64,000 nt of DNA from Synechococcus sp. (lineage in GTDB: Bacteria; Cyanobacteriota; Cyanobacteriia; PCC-6307; Cyanobiaceae). Under the pieces are notes generated by a model. It was not told where the DNA came from. It saw only the letters and a list, made by a program, of their open reading frames with translations, and did no database searches. Below are positions 38,769-51,199 of the stretch, one piece after another (the first letter of the stretch is position 1; every line of letters starts with the position of its first letter). Location of the stretch: positions 768,136-832,135 of the forward strand of contig JBJBDC010000001.1 in NCBI GenBank assembly GCA_047285535.1. The letters run 5' to 3'. The translations under genes were made by a program, and so were the position numbers.

Positions 38769-39398
38769 ATGGTGGCTCTGCGTTCAGCGCTGTTTGCAGC
38801 ATCGCTGCATCTCCTAGGCGCAGGCGCAGGTATGAGCTCTGAGCAGAATGTTCAAACGGATCAACAAGCACGAAAGTCGGATCCGATCCCGCCCCTGGCG
38901 GTCCCCCTGAGTGATGCAGCATCGCTGGCGCGAGTTCCTGATGATGTGATGAATCGCAAGGGACTACAGCTCGTGCTTGACCGCAAACATCGACAGCTGC
39001 TGGTGCTGAGAGATGGCTTGATGACGCAGCGGTTTCCAGCGGCGGTTGGCACTACAGGGTGGGAGACCCCGGCTGGTCGCTTCAGAGTGTTTGAGAAGGT
39101 CAAGGAGCCGGTCTGGACCCATCCTGTGAGTGGTGATCTTGTTGATGCTGAAAGCGACAAAAATCCACTGGGATCGCGCTGGATTGGCTTCCACCGTGAT
39201 TGCAAGGGACGGTCAGGCTGGGATGGTGAGCAATACCTCGATATCGATGGCTGCACCGTTGCAGGCTTTCATGGCACGCCTTATCGCTGGACGGTCGGAC
39301 GGGCCGTCTCCCATGGCTGCGTCCGTCTCTATGAAGAGAATGTTCAACAGGTGTTCGATCTCGTCAGGGTTGGCACTCAGGTGACCGTGCTGCCATGA
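38769..39398 (+). CDS. L,D-transpeptidase (YkuD family)
   Basis: NPLGSRWIGF, GFHGT, SHGCVRL. Confidence 0.9.
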   Translation: MVALRSALFAASLHLLGAGAGMSSEQNVQTDQQARKSDPIPPLAVPLSDAASLARVPDDVMNRKGLQLVLDRKHRQLLVLRDGLMTQRFPAAVGTTGWETPAGRFRVFEKVKEPVWTHPVSGDLVDAESDKNPLGSRWIGFHRDCKGRSGWDGEQYLDIDGCTVAGFHGTPYRWTVGRAVSHGCVRLYEENVQQVFDLVRVGTQVTVLP

Positions 39399-39456
39399 AA
39401 GGGATCGCAAGGCACGAATGCGTTTAAAGTCTCGCGGCTGAAAGGTTTGATCGTCC

Positions 39457-41010
39457 ATGCGCGTGCTGTTTGCCGCCGCCGAATGCGCCCCCATGGTGAA
39501 AGTCGGTGGGATGGGTGATGTGGTTGGATCCCTCCCCCCCGCACTGAAAGCCCTGGGCCACGACGTGCGGTTGATCATGCCTGGCTACGGGAAGCTCTGG
39601 TCGCGATTGGAGATTCCCACAGAGCCCATGTGGCGGGGCCAGACGATGGGAACCGATTTTGCGGTGTTCGAAACCCGTCACCCCACCAATGGCATCACCA
39701 TCTATCTGGTGGGTCATCCCGTGTTTGATCCTGAACGGATCTATGGCGGTGAAGACGAGGATTGGCGCTTCACGTTTTTTGCCAGTGCCGCCGCAGAATT
39801 CTCCTGGAATGTCTGGAAACCGAATGTGCTGCATTGCCACGACTGGCACACGGGAATGATGCCGGTGTGGATGCATCAGGACCCAGAAATCAGCACCGTG
39901 TTCACGATCCACAACCTCAAATACCAAGGCCCATGGCGTTGGAAATTGGATCGCATGACCTGGTGCCCCTGGTACATGCAGGGAGATCACACGATGGCGG
40001 CTGCCTTGCTCTATGCCGATCGAGTGAATGCGGTCTCGCCCACCTACGCCAGTGAGATCCGCACCTCTGAATACGGAGAAAAGCTAGAAGGATTGCTTAA
40101 TTACATCTCTGGAAAATTGCGTGGGATCCTGAATGGGATTGATCTGGAGGCCTGGAATCCCGCCACCGATCGTGCGTTGCCCGCCACCTTCAGTGCGGAT
40201 GATTTCTCTGGTCGCGCCCGCAACAAGGAGGTCCTGCAGGAACGCATGGGCCTCGAAGTCAGGTCTGATGCCTATCTGCTGGGCATGGTGAGCCGTCTGG
40301 TGGATCAAAAAGGAGTTGATCTGTTGCTTCAAGTTGCAGATCGTCTGCTGGCGTACACCGATACCCAGATCGTTGTGCTTGGAACAGGGGATCGCGGCTT
40401 GGAGTCTGGTCTCTGGCAGATCGCTTCACGCTATCCGGGACGTGTCTCCGTCTTTCTGACCTACGACGATGACCTGTCAAGGCTGATTTATGCCGGCAGT
40501 GATGCCTTCTTGATGCCCAGTCGATTTGAGCCCTGTGGCATCAGCCAGTTGCTGGCCATGCGCTATGGATGCGTGCCCGTGGTGAGGAAGGTGGGTGGAC
40601 TTGTGGATACGGTTCCACCGCATGATCCTGCTCATCAGACTGGAACCGGTTTCTGCTTCGATCGGTTCGATCCTGTGGATTTCTACACAGCTCTGGTGCG
40701 CTCCTGGGAAGCGTTCCGCCATCAAGACAGTTGGCGTGAACTCCAGAAGCGAGGCATGCAGCAGGACTACAGCTGGGCTCGTTCAGCTCTGGAATATGAC
40801 CGGATGTACCGGGAGGTGTGTGGCATCAAAGAACCAGGCCCTGATGCAGCTGCCGTCGAGCAATTTTCACAGGGCCAGGAGGCAGATCCCTCACTGCGTT
40901 CAGGACAACTGGAAACTCCAATGAACTTGCCGGACAACACCATGGATCTGCCTAAGGGACAAGGATCGCGCAACCCCCTAGCCAGACTGTTTGGCGGCCA
41001 GCGGCTCTGA
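39457..41010 (+). CDS. glgA: Glycogen synthase
   Basis: [22 protein letters not shown]. Confidence 0.97.
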   Translation: MRVLFAAAECAPMVKVGGMGDVVGSLPPALKALGHDVRLIMPGYGKLWSRLEIPTEPMWRGQTMGTDFAVFETRHPTNGITIYLVGHPVFDPERIYGGEDEDWRFTFFASAAAEFSWNVWKPNVLHCHDWHTGMMPVWMHQDPEISTVFTIHNLKYQGPWRWKLDRMTWCPWYMQGDHTMAAALLYADRVNAVSPTYASEIRTSEYGEKLEGLLNYISGKLRGILNGIDLEAWNPATDRALPATFSADDFSGRARNKEVLQERMGLEVRSDAYLLGMVSRLVDQKGVDLLLQVADRLLAYTDTQIVVLGTGDRGLESGLWQIASRYPGRVSVFLTYDDDLSRLIYAGSDAFLMPSRFEPCGISQLLAMRYGCVPVVRKVGGLVDTVPPHDPAHQTGTGFCFDRFDPVDFYTALVRSWEAFRHQDSWRELQKRGMQQDYSWARSALEYDRMYREVCGIKEPGPDAAAVEQFSQGQEADPSLRSGQLETPMNLPDNTMDLPKGQGSRNPLARLFGGQRL

Positions 41011-41028
41011 TGCTGACAACAATCACGC

Positions 41029-41856
41029 ATGCAGGATTCCTCCACAGGGAAGCAATCTGACTCTGAACAGGAAAGCTTCCTACCGTCTCCGTACAACAGC
41101 CCATGGAAAGCACTCAGCCAAGACCTGAGGGCTGTCAGTGCTGATCTTCGTCTTCGGACTCAAGAAATCTGGCGTCGTAATTATGAGGGCAATCTTTCTG
41201 TTCCAGCGTTTTGGCCCAGGACTTTTGCACCCCTGTTTTGGCCTGTCCTGCTGATATTGGCCACTGCCTTGTTGATCGTGGGCGGGCTTCAACTGTGCAC
41301 TGCACTGTCCTACAGCAAGGCACCCTCTCCACCAGAGGTCGAAAGGGTGCAAACCACTGCATTACCCAAAGCATTACCCAAAGCAAAGCCCCTACCAAGC
41401 ACAGGCGACATCGACTCCATCGTCAAGACTGAGGCTGCCATCACTTCCCCCGTCAAAAACGAAGCAGACGATCTGGACGTCTCTGTGAAATCATCGGCCC
41501 CGATAGAGTCAGTTCTCGAGAAAACTTCGTTGAATCCAGATCCCAAACCAATGCGGTTTGATCCACTGTTGAGGTTTCTTGCTGATGATAGAAACGCAGA
41601 AAGTACTGATGGGTCAGCGTTGATTGTTTCAGCCCAACCTGAACCAGAACGCAATGCAGTGACTTTGACAATCAATGCTGCTCAATGGATCCAACTCTCT
41701 AAAGACGAACGCCATCAACTTGCCGATGGATGGTGGGAGAGGCTCGAAGAGCAAGGTTACGGAGATCTACGCCTGATCAATGCGGAACAAGACCTGTTGG
41801 CTCGACCGGCAAGAATCGGCGGAGGCATGATTGTTCTGAATCCAAACAGCATGTAA
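41029..41856 (+). CDS. Conserved hypothetical membrane protein
   Basis: TM; C-terminal LLARPARIGGGMI. Confidence 0.75.
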   Translation: MQDSSTGKQSDSEQESFLPSPYNSPWKALSQDLRAVSADLRLRTQEIWRRNYEGNLSVPAFWPRTFAPLFWPVLLILATALLIVGGLQLCTALSYSKAPSPPEVERVQTTALPKALPKAKPLPSTGDIDSIVKTEAAITSPVKNEADDLDVSVKSSAPIESVLEKTSLNPDPKPMRFDPLLRFLADDRNAESTDGSALIVSAQPEPERNAVTLTINAAQWIQLSKDERHQLADGWWERLEEQGYGDLRLINAEQDLLARPARIGGGMIVLNPNSM

Positions 41857-42855
41857 AGCAGCAAAGAATCAAAAAACGGGGTCAATCAACACCAATACGT
41901 TCAGCTGTACCTGATGAAAAGCATGGATAGAAGATCAAACAACGGTAAGCAAGCAACACAACCCATGACGTCAAAAGGAGCGCGAAACACTCAACACAAA
42001 ATCCTGCGAATGGTTCCTGTGAAACAAATCATATCCACCAGCAAATAGACATGAGGCCGCAAACGATCAAAATGCAAAACATATTGAGTCTCTCAAGATA
42101 GAACAATCAGTCATCGAGCAAGACAGACTTGGCGGTGAATTTCAGCTGATAAAGCCGTTGATCCGCAGCGGCGAAAATCTACGAATACCTCAAGATGCTC
42201 CGAAAAAACAACGAAGGCATGAGAAGCAAGACTTCAATCTGATTGAGGCAAAGGCCTATCAACCTACGGATGAAAGACAATCAACGAACACTCTCGACGC
42301 CGTGACCTCAAACAAACAGACCATAAATTGCAAGATCAAAAAGAACCTGACCTGAGAGGATTGCACATCTGCAGGTCATGGCGAATTGATCGAGTGCGTG
42401 AAGGTTCTATAGAATACGTATGACCGGATCAGGGCATTCTTCAAACTCAAACCAATACGGCTATCACGACAACAAAACAAGCAGATTTTGAATTCCTGCA
42501 TAACCCTGCAGATCGTGCTGCATTCCAAAGATGAAAAATTTCAGGAAGAGACTGGAAACAGATAACGTCTAGAAGTTTCGGTCTTTGCATAAAAGATGTC
42601 AAAGCCCCTCAACCCCTCGCGGGCTTCTAAATCGCGAGAGGTTGATCGATTGTGGGACCGTTGACCCCGTCCAAGAGTCACCCGACTATCTTCCCGGCAA
42701 GCCTCGTCACCGTTCGTGAGAAAAGCTCTCAATAGCTGTAATGAATGAACGTGCCTCATGAAAAAAGGCAATCCGTCTCTTCTTCATTGGCTTGATCTCA
42801 AGCCGGAAGGGCATCTGAAAGCTGAAGCCGATGGCCATGGTTTGGCTCAAGCCAT

Positions 42856-42926
42856 AAAAAAAGAAGGCGAGGAAGCCTTCTTTGGGGGTGTGAGGAGCCA
42901 AACCTTGTGAGGAGTTGGCTGTCTCT
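42856..42926 (-). ncRNA. Yfr1/Yfr10-like sRNA
   Basis: Minus strand AGCCAACTCCTCACAAGGTTTGGCTCCTCACACCCCC followed by terminator AAGAAGGC-TTCCTC-GCCTTCTTTTTTT; carries the Yfr1-type CUCCUCACAC motif; 5' end approximate. Confidence 0.7.
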
Positions 42927-42945
42927 ATCTTCATGACGCTGTTCC

Positions 42946-42965
42946 GATCAGTCAAGTAACTGATC
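42946..42965. promoter_or_regulatory. Inverted repeat between the divergent sRNAs, candidate operator
   Basis: GATCAGT-caagta-ACTGATC. Confidence 0.5.
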
Positions 42966-43005
42966 CGCTGAGACTTGCCAAGAGCCATTCATGAGCCATG
43001 ATTAA

Positions 43006-43095
43006 GGGGTGAGGAGGGCTTCTTCTCGGAGTGGAAACAAGGCAACACGCCCAAAGAGAAGCCGAGAAACCCTGCCTTTGGCGGGGTTTTCTTTT
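43006..43095 (+). ncRNA. yfr2: Yfr2-family sRNA
   Basis: 5' GGGGTGAGGAG; stem GGCTTCT/AGAAGCC with loop GGAAACAAGGCAAC; terminator AAACCCTGCC-TTT-GGCGGGGTTTTCTTTT; -10-like CATGAT just upstream. Confidence 0.85.
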
Positions 43096-43376
43096 GGTTA
43101 CGCCTAAAAAGGCAAATCCTCAAGAGGCTCCCGCGCATTCACCTCAAAACCAATTCGACGCTGCAGCGATGAGCAATAGGCAAAGACATCACTAAGGCAT
43201 TGACGCTCGAAGTGAACAGACGAGGTCCGGATAGAATGACGGCATGACAAGCGGCACAGGTACGACGACAGCTCCAGACGGCCACTCTCAGAAGCTAGAT
43301 ATCCACCTTGCATCATCGGTCACGTCAATGAAAGGAAGAAGTTTGCTGTTCCTCGGCGATCAGAAGAGGGGCAATA

Positions 43377-44747
43377 ATGCTTGATCTGGCTAATCTTGTT
43401 TCTATCTGGGGCCCACCCCAGCGAGGGGATGGAACCCAGCCAAACCTCCAACAACCCTTGGGGCCTGTCTGCACGGATAGCCGCTTGTTGACTCCAGGAG
43501 CCTTTTTCCTGCCCTTACGAGGTGAGCATTTTGATGGCCACTCTTTCCTTGAATCTGCTGTTCAGCAAGGCATCCAGGCTGCAGTTGTGGCCAAAGACAG
43601 CAAAGCACCTGTACCGCACACATTGGTGCATTGGGTTGTAGACGATACCCTCGACGCTTACCAACAGATTGCCCGTTTAGTTCGTCGCAATCTGAACTGC
43701 CATGTTGTGGCTGTCACCGGATCAGCAGGTAAGACGACAACGAGAGAACTGATTCGTGCCGCACTGGCACCGCTTGGAGCCATTCAAGCCAGCATCGGTA
43801 ACAACAACAATGACATTGGCGTACCACTCACATTGCTCGGTGTAGAGGAGCATCACGCCGCAGTGATCGTGGAAATGGGAATGCGAGGACCAGGTGAAAT
43901 TAAACGTTTATCGCTTTGTGCCGAACCACAGATTGCTGTAATTACGAATATCGGCACAGCTCATATCGGCCGTTTGGGGAGTCGCGAGGCGATTGCAGCT
44001 GCCAAATGTGAGATCACTGCTGGGCTCTCAGCTGATGGCCTTGTGGTCATACCAGCTGGGGATCCTCTTTTAGAAGCAGCTTTGGCTCGATCATGGAGCG
44101 GTGCCATTCGGCGTGTAGCGCTATCAGACGATCCAAATCAAACCGGTGTAGACATTGATGATGTTGGATCTTATGACCCCGATTCTGGACAGCTCAACCA
44201 AGCAGATCGTTCATTTTGTTGTCCGCTTGAAGGTCGACACAATGCACGCAATTTCATGCTGGCACTTGCAGTGGCAGAAAGCCTGGGAGTCACACCCGAG
44301 AAGCTTGAACATCTCGAGGTAGAAGTACCAGGAGGACGAAATCGCAAGCTGCAAATCGGCAGATTGTCGATTCTTGATGAGACGTATAACGCCTCCCCAG
44401 AAGCTGTGATTGCAGCCTTGGATTTACTCGCCTCTCAGCCAGGGAGACGTTTTGCTGTACTCGGCACCATGCTGGAGTTAGGTCAAGACAGTGTTCAGCT
44501 GCATAAAGCTGTCGTTGACCATGCCACAGGTCTGGACATTGATGGGCTCGTAGTAGTCGCGACTGGAGACGAAGCGAAAATAATGATGGAAGCTGGCTCA
44601 ACACTCGCCAGGTTTAGGCTTGTGGACAAGCCAGAACTAGCCGCTGAACCGCTGCGGGAATGGCTCAAACCTGACGACACTGTCCTTTTGAAGGCAAGTC
44701 GGGGAATTGAACTGGAACGTTTAATCCCATTTCTACCGCGGTTGTAA
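43377..44747 (+). CDS. murF: UDP-MurNAc-tripeptide--D-Ala-D-Ala ligase
   Basis: TGSAGKTTT, DETYNASP, LGTMLELG, LLKASRG. Confidence 0.96.
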   Translation: MLDLANLVSIWGPPQRGDGTQPNLQQPLGPVCTDSRLLTPGAFFLPLRGEHFDGHSFLESAVQQGIQAAVVAKDSKAPVPHTLVHWVVDDTLDAYQQIARLVRRNLNCHVVAVTGSAGKTTTRELIRAALAPLGAIQASIGNNNNDIGVPLTLLGVEEHHAAVIVEMGMRGPGEIKRLSLCAEPQIAVITNIGTAHIGRLGSREAIAAAKCEITAGLSADGLVVIPAGDPLLEAALARSWSGAIRRVALSDDPNQTGVDIDDVGSYDPDSGQLNQADRSFCCPLEGRHNARNFMLALAVAESLGVTPEKLEHLEVEVPGGRNRKLQIGRLSILDETYNASPEAVIAALDLLASQPGRRFAVLGTMLELGQDSVQLHKAVVDHATGLDIDGLVVVATGDEAKIMMEAGSTLARFRLVDKPELAAEPLREWLKPDDTVLLKASRGIELERLIPFLPRL

Positions 44748-44748
44748 A

Positions 44749-44943
44749 TCAAGCCGCAGTCTTTACAACAACATGATCTTCACAGCGGATGAGATCAATG
44801 GCGTGGGGGTGATCGTGGATGTAGCGAATGTTTTCCATGGCTAAAACCCTTGCTTCATAAGCATCAGCTGCATAGAAGCACTCTTCCAAGCGATGACTAG
44901 TCGCATCGCGATAACTGACGGTATAGCGCTTTAAATCCGGCAT
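44749..44943 (-). CDS. Conserved small cyanobacterial hypothetical protein
   Basis: YTVSYRD...EECFYAADAYEARVLAME..YIHDHPHAID. Confidence 0.75.
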   Translation of the reverse strand: MPDLKRYTVSYRDATSHRLEECFYAADAYEARVLAMENIRYIHDHPHAIDLIRCEDHVVVKTAA

Positions 44944-45085
44944 GGAATGAGAGAGCTGTAGCTCAAAGTTCACGCATGAAAGACCTAAAGCCAAGACCAA
45001 TGTGTGAAAAAAGTGTGTTAATTCAAAACTTCAACACATCACACTGAATTTCAGCTGGAAGATTTCTTGCTTGAGATGAATTGAA

Positions 45086-46429
45086 TTATCGATTCCATCC
45101 GTCTTTCATCTGTTGACGAGCACGTCCAATGGCAAGGGCACCATCTGGAACAGCTTTGGTGATCGTCGAACCGGCTCCGATGGTCACATTCTTTCCGATC
45201 ACCACTGGTGCAACCAAGACGGAATTAGCACCTGTTTTGCTGTTGTCACCAATCACAGTGCGATGTTTACTCGTGCCATCAAAATTAGCGGTGATAGTGC
45301 CAGCCCCTACGTTGACGTTCGAACCCAAATCTGCATCTCCGATGTAACTGAGATGATTGACCTTGCTACCAGCAGCAATCACACTCTTCTTGACCTCTAC
45401 GAAATTTCCAATCCTGCAACTATTGCCGACATCCGCTTGAGGACGCAAATGGGCAAACGGACCCACGGCAACATTGTCACCAATACGTGCATTGCAAATC
45501 ACAGAATACAAAACGGTGACATCATGGCCAAGCTCTGCGTTATCCAGATAACTACCAGGACCTAATCGACAATTATCGCCAACGTGACATGTACCACGAA
45601 GATGGGTTTGTGGTTCGATCACCACGTCGCGCCCAAAACTACAATTTTCGCTAAGTGTACAACTGTCAGGATCCACGAATGTCACACCTTCATCCATCCA
45701 GTACTCACGCAACCTCTGTTGTAAAACGCACTCGCACTGGGCAAGTTGCCTGCGGTTGTTAATTCCGTTCACCTCATCTGGATCACTGACCTCCATCTGC
45801 GTAGCAACATCTAGAAGTTGGACAGTGTCAGTCAGATAAAGCTCACCTTGATCATTATCAGTGGTCAGCTGAGGCAAAACCTGAGCCAATTTCTCCCAAT
45901 TAAAACAATAAATACCAGCGTTAGTAAGATTATTTAAGCGTTGTTCTTCACTGCAATCACGATGTTCAACGATGCCGGTAACCCGGCCACCGGCATCAGT
46001 GAATACACGGCCATATCCCGTTGGATCATCAAGTCGCGCGGTCAGCAAGGTCACATCGGCATGGCTAGTGCGATGGTGACGAACCAAGGCATCAATCGTT
46101 TCTGCCCGCAACAAAGGAACATCACCGTTCAGGACAAGCAACTCTCCTTGAAATCCCTGGAGAGGATCGAGAAGTTGCTGTACAGCGTGACCTGTTCCGT
46201 TTTGAGGTTGTTGTAAGACAAATTCAAGCCCGGAAATGGAGCTGAGCTGCTGTTCCACCCGCTCCGCTTGATGGCCGACAATGAGCAGACGGCGCTCTGG
46301 GCCGAGATGACGGGCACTAGCAAGCACGCGTTCCACCAGGGTCGCACCCGCTAAAGGCTGCAAAACTTTTGGAAGGGAGCTCTTCATGCGGGTGCCTTTC
46401 CCAGCAGCTAGAACCGCAACAGCGAGCAT
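45086..46429 (-). CDS. glmU: Bifunctional GlmU
   Basis: [18 protein letters not shown], hexapeptide repeats. Confidence 0.97.
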   Translation of the reverse strand: MLAVAVLAAGKGTRMKSSLPKVLQPLAGATLVERVLASARHLGPERRLLIVGHQAERVEQQLSSISGLEFVLQQPQNGTGHAVQQLLDPLQGFQGELLVLNGDVPLLRAETIDALVRHHRTSHADVTLLTARLDDPTGYGRVFTDAGGRVTGIVEHRDCSEEQRLNNLTNAGIYCFNWEKLAQVLPQLTTDNDQGELYLTDTVQLLDVATQMEVSDPDEVNGINNRRQLAQCECVLQQRLREYWMDEGVTFVDPDSCTLSENCSFGRDVVIEPQTHLRGTCHVGDNCRLGPGSYLDNAELGHDVTVLYSVICNARIGDNVAVGPFAHLRPQADVGNSCRIGNFVEVKKSVIAAGSKVNHLSYIGDADLGSNVNVGAGTITANFDGTSKHRTVIGDNSKTGANSVLVAPVVIGKNVTIGAGSTITKAVPDGALAIGRARQQMKDGWNR

Positions 46430-47179
46430 GCGAAGTGTGCAAGTCGGCAGAAATCTACCGGGAGATGCTCCTTATGGGTACTCAAATGGCTGCTGTCTCT
46501 TAAAACCACTGACATGGAAATCAGTTGTTTGTTATTGAAAGCTCTTACATAGTGCATGCGGAGCTTGCAGACACTGAATCAGCAGCTGAAACATTGAACG
46601 ATGCCTTCCACCACGACTGACAACAAAACAGGCAGCAGCGACAACACACTCCCAGACGCACGACACGTAGACCAACAAACAAGTTAAGTAGCAACCATGA
46701 TTATTTGCAGCTACTAAAATCATCAGACACTTTAGGGTGATATATCCTTCGTCGGATTGAAGCCAGCCAAAGCCATCCTGAGTGCCATTGGCTTTGAGCC
46801 CACCTGGCTCCTTATAGCGCACCTCAGTGTTCAGATCATTGAATACCGAACAAGCACCAGAAGAAGGTCCATGAAGCAATGGTGTTCACAAAATAACGAG
46901 CAGAATCTTGCGAATCACGAACGACCTCAATCAAACCCAATAGCTCCTTGCCTTTAATCATTAATCCGGATAAGCAGCATCAATGTCAGCGAATCAGTTG
47001 CAATAAAATCAAACCGATGGATATCAATAATTCAAATACAATTCAAACAATGAGCGACTAAATCTTATAGATCAATTCCAGCAGGGATCTAACAATGATC
47101 AAGCTCACGAAAAACCACACTGATCAAAAAGTCATACCCATGGGTCCCAAACCATAGGCCCAGTCCATGGGGATTAAGG

Positions 47180-48112
47180 CTATCGAACCAACTTCCACTT
47201 TCTCTGCCAAGCGCTTGTACTCGGTCGATTCGAAAGGGCCTGTTCCTTTTCACGTCGTTTGAAGATCAAAACCGAATCGTCCCTCCCCGTGGGATCCCTG
47301 TAAGGCACACCAGCAAGAGTCTCCAAATGCTCTTGTTCCATCACACTTAAAGTTCGCCAACCAGGACCTGTCTCTGGCAAGGAGTGGACCGGCTCAGGAC
47401 AACAGGCCATGGTCCCTGAGCTCCAAGCCTTTCCCACTCCTGGGATCGGAAGCAATGAGCGCAACTCAAGACCCGCGTGACACAAGCTGTTGCGAACCGC
47501 TGCCGCACGGCAATAGGTCAGTAATCGTCCACCTGGCACGAGAAAATCAGCCAAGTGATGCAGAAACTGTTCAGTCCAGAGCTGAGGGCATTTTCCTGGT
47601 GAAAATGCATCCAAAAAGATCAAATCAAACTGCAGATCTGATTGCAGTGTTCGAATCTGTTGGCGTGCATCACCCCAGAGCATCTGGAACGATCGTCGAT
47701 GCTGCGGAGCTTGCCAACATCCATGGTTCAAAATGTCCGTGAGCGCACTCAAGACATCATCTGGCCAAAGCGACTTGAATCCCGGCTCTGCGAGAGCCAG
47801 CTTGAGAGGGCGATGATCGAGTTCCAGCCCCCAGCATTCAAGCGCTGGTCCCGGAGCGAAGGGGAGAGCAACCAGCATTGCAGCGGTGTTGTATCCCAAG
47901 CCAAAGCAAACATCAAGAACACGAACCCGTTGGCTCGGAGCAAAGCGTTCAAGTTGGGCCGGTAAGACGAACTTGCTGTTGGCTTCATGGAGAGCACCCG
48001 CAGAACTGTGGAAGCGTTCCTGAAAACGATTGCTGTAAAGACTGAAACTGCCGTCCTCTGTGAGATGTGGACTCAGCCCTCCGGTTTCAATGGCGTAGTC
48101 GCTCAAGGTCAT
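47180..48112 (-). CDS. MnmC/MnmD-like SAM-dependent methyltransferase
   Basis: [34 protein letters not shown]. Confidence 0.88.
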   Translation of the reverse strand: MTLSDYAIETGGLSPHLTEDGSFSLYSNRFQERFHSSAGALHEANSKFVLPAQLERFAPSQRVRVLDVCFGLGYNTAAMLVALPFAPGPALECWGLELDHRPLKLALAEPGFKSLWPDDVLSALTDILNHGCWQAPQHRRSFQMLWGDARQQIRTLQSDLQFDLIFLDAFSPGKCPQLWTEQFLHHLADFLVPGGRLLTYCRAAAVRNSLCHAGLELRSLLPIPGVGKAWSSGTMACCPEPVHSLPETGPGWRTLSVMEQEHLETLAGVPYRDPTGRDDSVLIFKRREKEQALSNRPSTSAWQRKWKLVR

Positions 48113-49406
48113 CCCAGAATGTTGGATAGCTCACGGCCGCTGCTTCACTACGCGCCAGTGTTGAATCACCATCGGCCATCAAGCTTGCAACAGCAAGACT
48201 CATCGCAACACGATGATCTGTTTCGCTATCCAATTCCGTTCCTTTCAACGATTGACCACCTCGGATCGTGAGGCCATCTGGATGTTCCTCAATGTCGGCA
48301 CCCATCGCTTTGAGCTGACGTGCCATGACGGCAAGTCGATCCGTCTCTTTCACACGAAGTTCTGCAGCACCACTGATACGACTTTCTCCATCACAAAAAC
48401 AAGCCGCCACACACAGAATCGGCACTTCATCAATGAGGCGGGGCATAATCTCCGCTCCAAATTGAAAAGGTTTCAATGGACCATGGGTCACCTCTAAATC
48501 TCCAACAGGTTCGCCCGCCACATCACGACGATTCAATACATGGATTGAAGCGCCCATCATGTCCAGCACCTCAAGAATCCCCGTACGGGTGGGATTTAAT
48601 CCCACATTTTCAACGGTGATCTTGGCTTCTGGAACGAGGGCACCAGCTACAAGCCAAAAAGCCGCCGAACTGATGTCACCAGGTACAACAACATGTTGTC
48701 CGGTCAATGTCGCGCCAGGGCGAACCATGATGTGACGTCCCATCTCACCTCCGACTTCGAGGTCTGCACCAAAGGCTCTGAGCATCCGCTCGCTGTGATC
48801 ACGGGACGGTGCAGGTTCAATCACGCTGGTGCTGCCCTCTGCGGTGAGAGCTGCCAGCAAAATAGCCGATTTCACCTGGGCACTGGCCACAGGAGTACCA
48901 ACTACAGCGCCCTTGAGCTTTTGGCCCTGCACAGCGATCGGAGCCAAATTGCCATGATCCCTGCCGCGGACTTCGGCTCCCAGTACCGATAAAGGCTGCC
49001 CAACCCTTTTCATAGGCCGACGGCGCAATGAAGCATCTCCAGTCAGTACAAAATGACGCCCTTCACGGCCGGCCAATAGGCCAAGCATCAGCCTCATTGT
49101 GGTTCCAGAGTTGCCGCAATCCAGTAGGTCGTCGGGCTCCTGCAGGCCATCCAGCCCCACTCCTTTTACGGTCACAAGTCCATCCGTCGTGATGGGCGAA
49201 ATCGTTGTACCCATCAAGCGCAGACAAGCTGCCGTACTGATTGGATCTTCTGCAGGCAAAAGTCCTTCAATGGTGGTCGTACCTTCCGCGATCGCACCGA
49301 ACAGCAAAGCTCGATGAGAAATTGATTTATCTCCTGGAACGCGTACTCGGCCACTCAAACTGCCACCTACCTTCAGATCCCTGGGAGAGCCATTTGATCC
49401 GGACAC
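48087..49406 (-). CDS. aroA: EPSP synthase
   Basis: [35 protein letters not shown]. Confidence 0.97.
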   Translation of the reverse strand: MSGSNGSPRDLKVGGSLSGRVRVPGDKSISHRALLFGAIAEGTTTIEGLLPAEDPISTAACLRLMGTTISPITTDGLVTVKGVGLDGLQEPDDLLDCGNSGTTMRLMLGLLAGREGRHFVLTGDASLRRRPMKRVGQPLSVLGAEVRGRDHGNLAPIAVQGQKLKGAVVGTPVASAQVKSAILLAALTAEGSTSVIEPAPSRDHSERMLRAFGADLEVGGEMGRHIMVRPGATLTGQHVVVPGDISSAAFWLVAGALVPEAKITVENVGLNPTRTGILEVLDMMGASIHVLNRRDVAGEPVGDLEVTHGPLKPFQFGAEIMPRLIDEVPILCVAACFCDGESRISGAAELRVKETDRLAVMARQLKAMGADIEEHPDGLTIRGGQSLKGTELDSETDHRVAMSLAVASLMADGDSTLARSEAAAVSYPTFWDDLERLRH

Positions 49407-50623
49407 CGTTGAACAGCCGCTTTTGGATAAAAACGATCCTATTGGCTGGCTCTTCAAATTCTCTTCTCGAGAGCTGAGATGTCAGCAAGGCCATATTGAA
49501 GCCACAGGCACAACAAGAGATTCGAGAGAGGTGAGAAAAAGCAACACGTAACTGAAACCAAATCCTTGAGGTAATCGCAAAAAGATGAGCCCTTCAGCAA
49601 AATCCGAGGCAGCGACAACCCTTACACATTGAAAACAGAAACCAATACATTCCCACAAGAAAACACGAAAAGCCAAACAGACATTAAAAGGACAATCAAG
49701 GCAAACCCAAAACAACAATGAGCCAATGATCAACCAAGAACAACCCAACATTGAAAGCGAATAGAGAACACGACAGAAAAAGCAATATCAAAAACCAACG
49801 TACTCATAAGAAAGCAAAAAGCTCTAGAGAGATTGGACAAAATATTACTAGTCAATCCCATTGACAGCGTTGAATCCCAAAGCGCAAAAGGCATAAATTC
49901 CAGCCTGATTCTGTGTTCAAAACCAGAATCCTCAGACGCTCTGCGCAATTAGAGCGAAGAATCATCTCCATTAGCAAATCAATCTTTAATCGCGCTACTA
50001 TCAAAAGGAAAGACAACATAAAAGCGGCAGTGGCAATGACATGAACTGCGAGTGATCACCCTGGAAAGCATGAAACAAGCTTGCCCCCTGAACCATCGCC
50101 TAGAGCCATCAAACCCTGCAGCACTGGCCAAGACAAGACCATTAGAAAAACTCCCGAGCAACAGCTTCAGTCAAAGGGAAGAAAACAAAAATTGATTAAG
50201 TCAGCGAAAAAATTGCTATAAAGCGTGAGCGCCTCGCGGGTTTAACCAAGCATCATTCAATAATGAATCATCAAGGGAAAGGGCTTATTGAATCTATCAA
50301 TACAAAGCCAAGAGGCTGGGATCATTGTCATGCATGAATTAACTGCGTCCACACCGACAATGGCCACCTCTCCACTTTGAACATTTTGATTTTTTACAAC
50401 CTTTTTTCTTACTGAATTGGCTTTTGACAGCCAAACGCTTGGTGGCTTTATCAATGCCTAGGATTTCCTTCGCATTTTGAAGACGTGTCATATGATGAAT
50501 CTCAAGATTCAATCTCATTATACAGGGTCAAAAGTGCAATGGTTCAAAGACAATTCCCTTGGACGCATTAGCAAAAAAAATCAATAATCTCGATGTGCCA
50601 TATGATTCAAGAAAGTGTCTGAA

Positions 50624-51199
50624 ATGATCGCTCCCAGTCCCGCACCAGGAATTTCAAAAGGCGTTTTGCTTGGCCCCCATGGCAGAGCGCTAGCAGAATC
50701 GAAGAACGTTGATCTGCTTACCGCTCTTCAAGAACACATCACCATAGAAAGATAGGCCTCCGTCAATGATCTAGCCATGTCGATCTGGTGTGGAGAGCAA
50801 GAGCTTGCAGGTTTTTGCCAATTTTTTGATTCTGAAGCGAAGAGCTTCAAAGTCACGTCGTTAACCTTACTCAGTATTTAATAGCAAGAGATCAGTCGAA
50901 TGCGCTGCGGTGACTCAATGCTCCTCGACACGCATCGAACGATTTAGCCTCGTTACTCGAGATAGCATTTCAGATCGAAGCTGACACTACATCTTTCATT
51001 GAAAGCTCTATAGGCAATGGCGGAAAGAAACAGTGATATGAGAACGATCGTTTTCCTGGACCCATTGGTTAAAGCTCAAATCGAATCAGAAGATCAGTTG
51101 GCTACCTTATTAGGTCACGTTAGCTTTGCAAAAGGGGACCCAGCGGCTCTGCCTGACATTGATAACGCATTACGAACAGGTCAGGCTCAAAGAGGCTGA
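50624..51199 (+). pseudogene. ftn: Ferritin pseudogene
   Basis: [18 protein letters not shown] (TAG at 50753) ..MSIW..EQELAGF.QFF; frameshifts; C-terminal [23 protein letters not shown]. Confidence 0.88.

Noticed and set aside
42707..42988. 93-aa minus-strand ORF
   Set aside because: It runs through the sRNA, its terminator and the promoter region and has no protein-like features.
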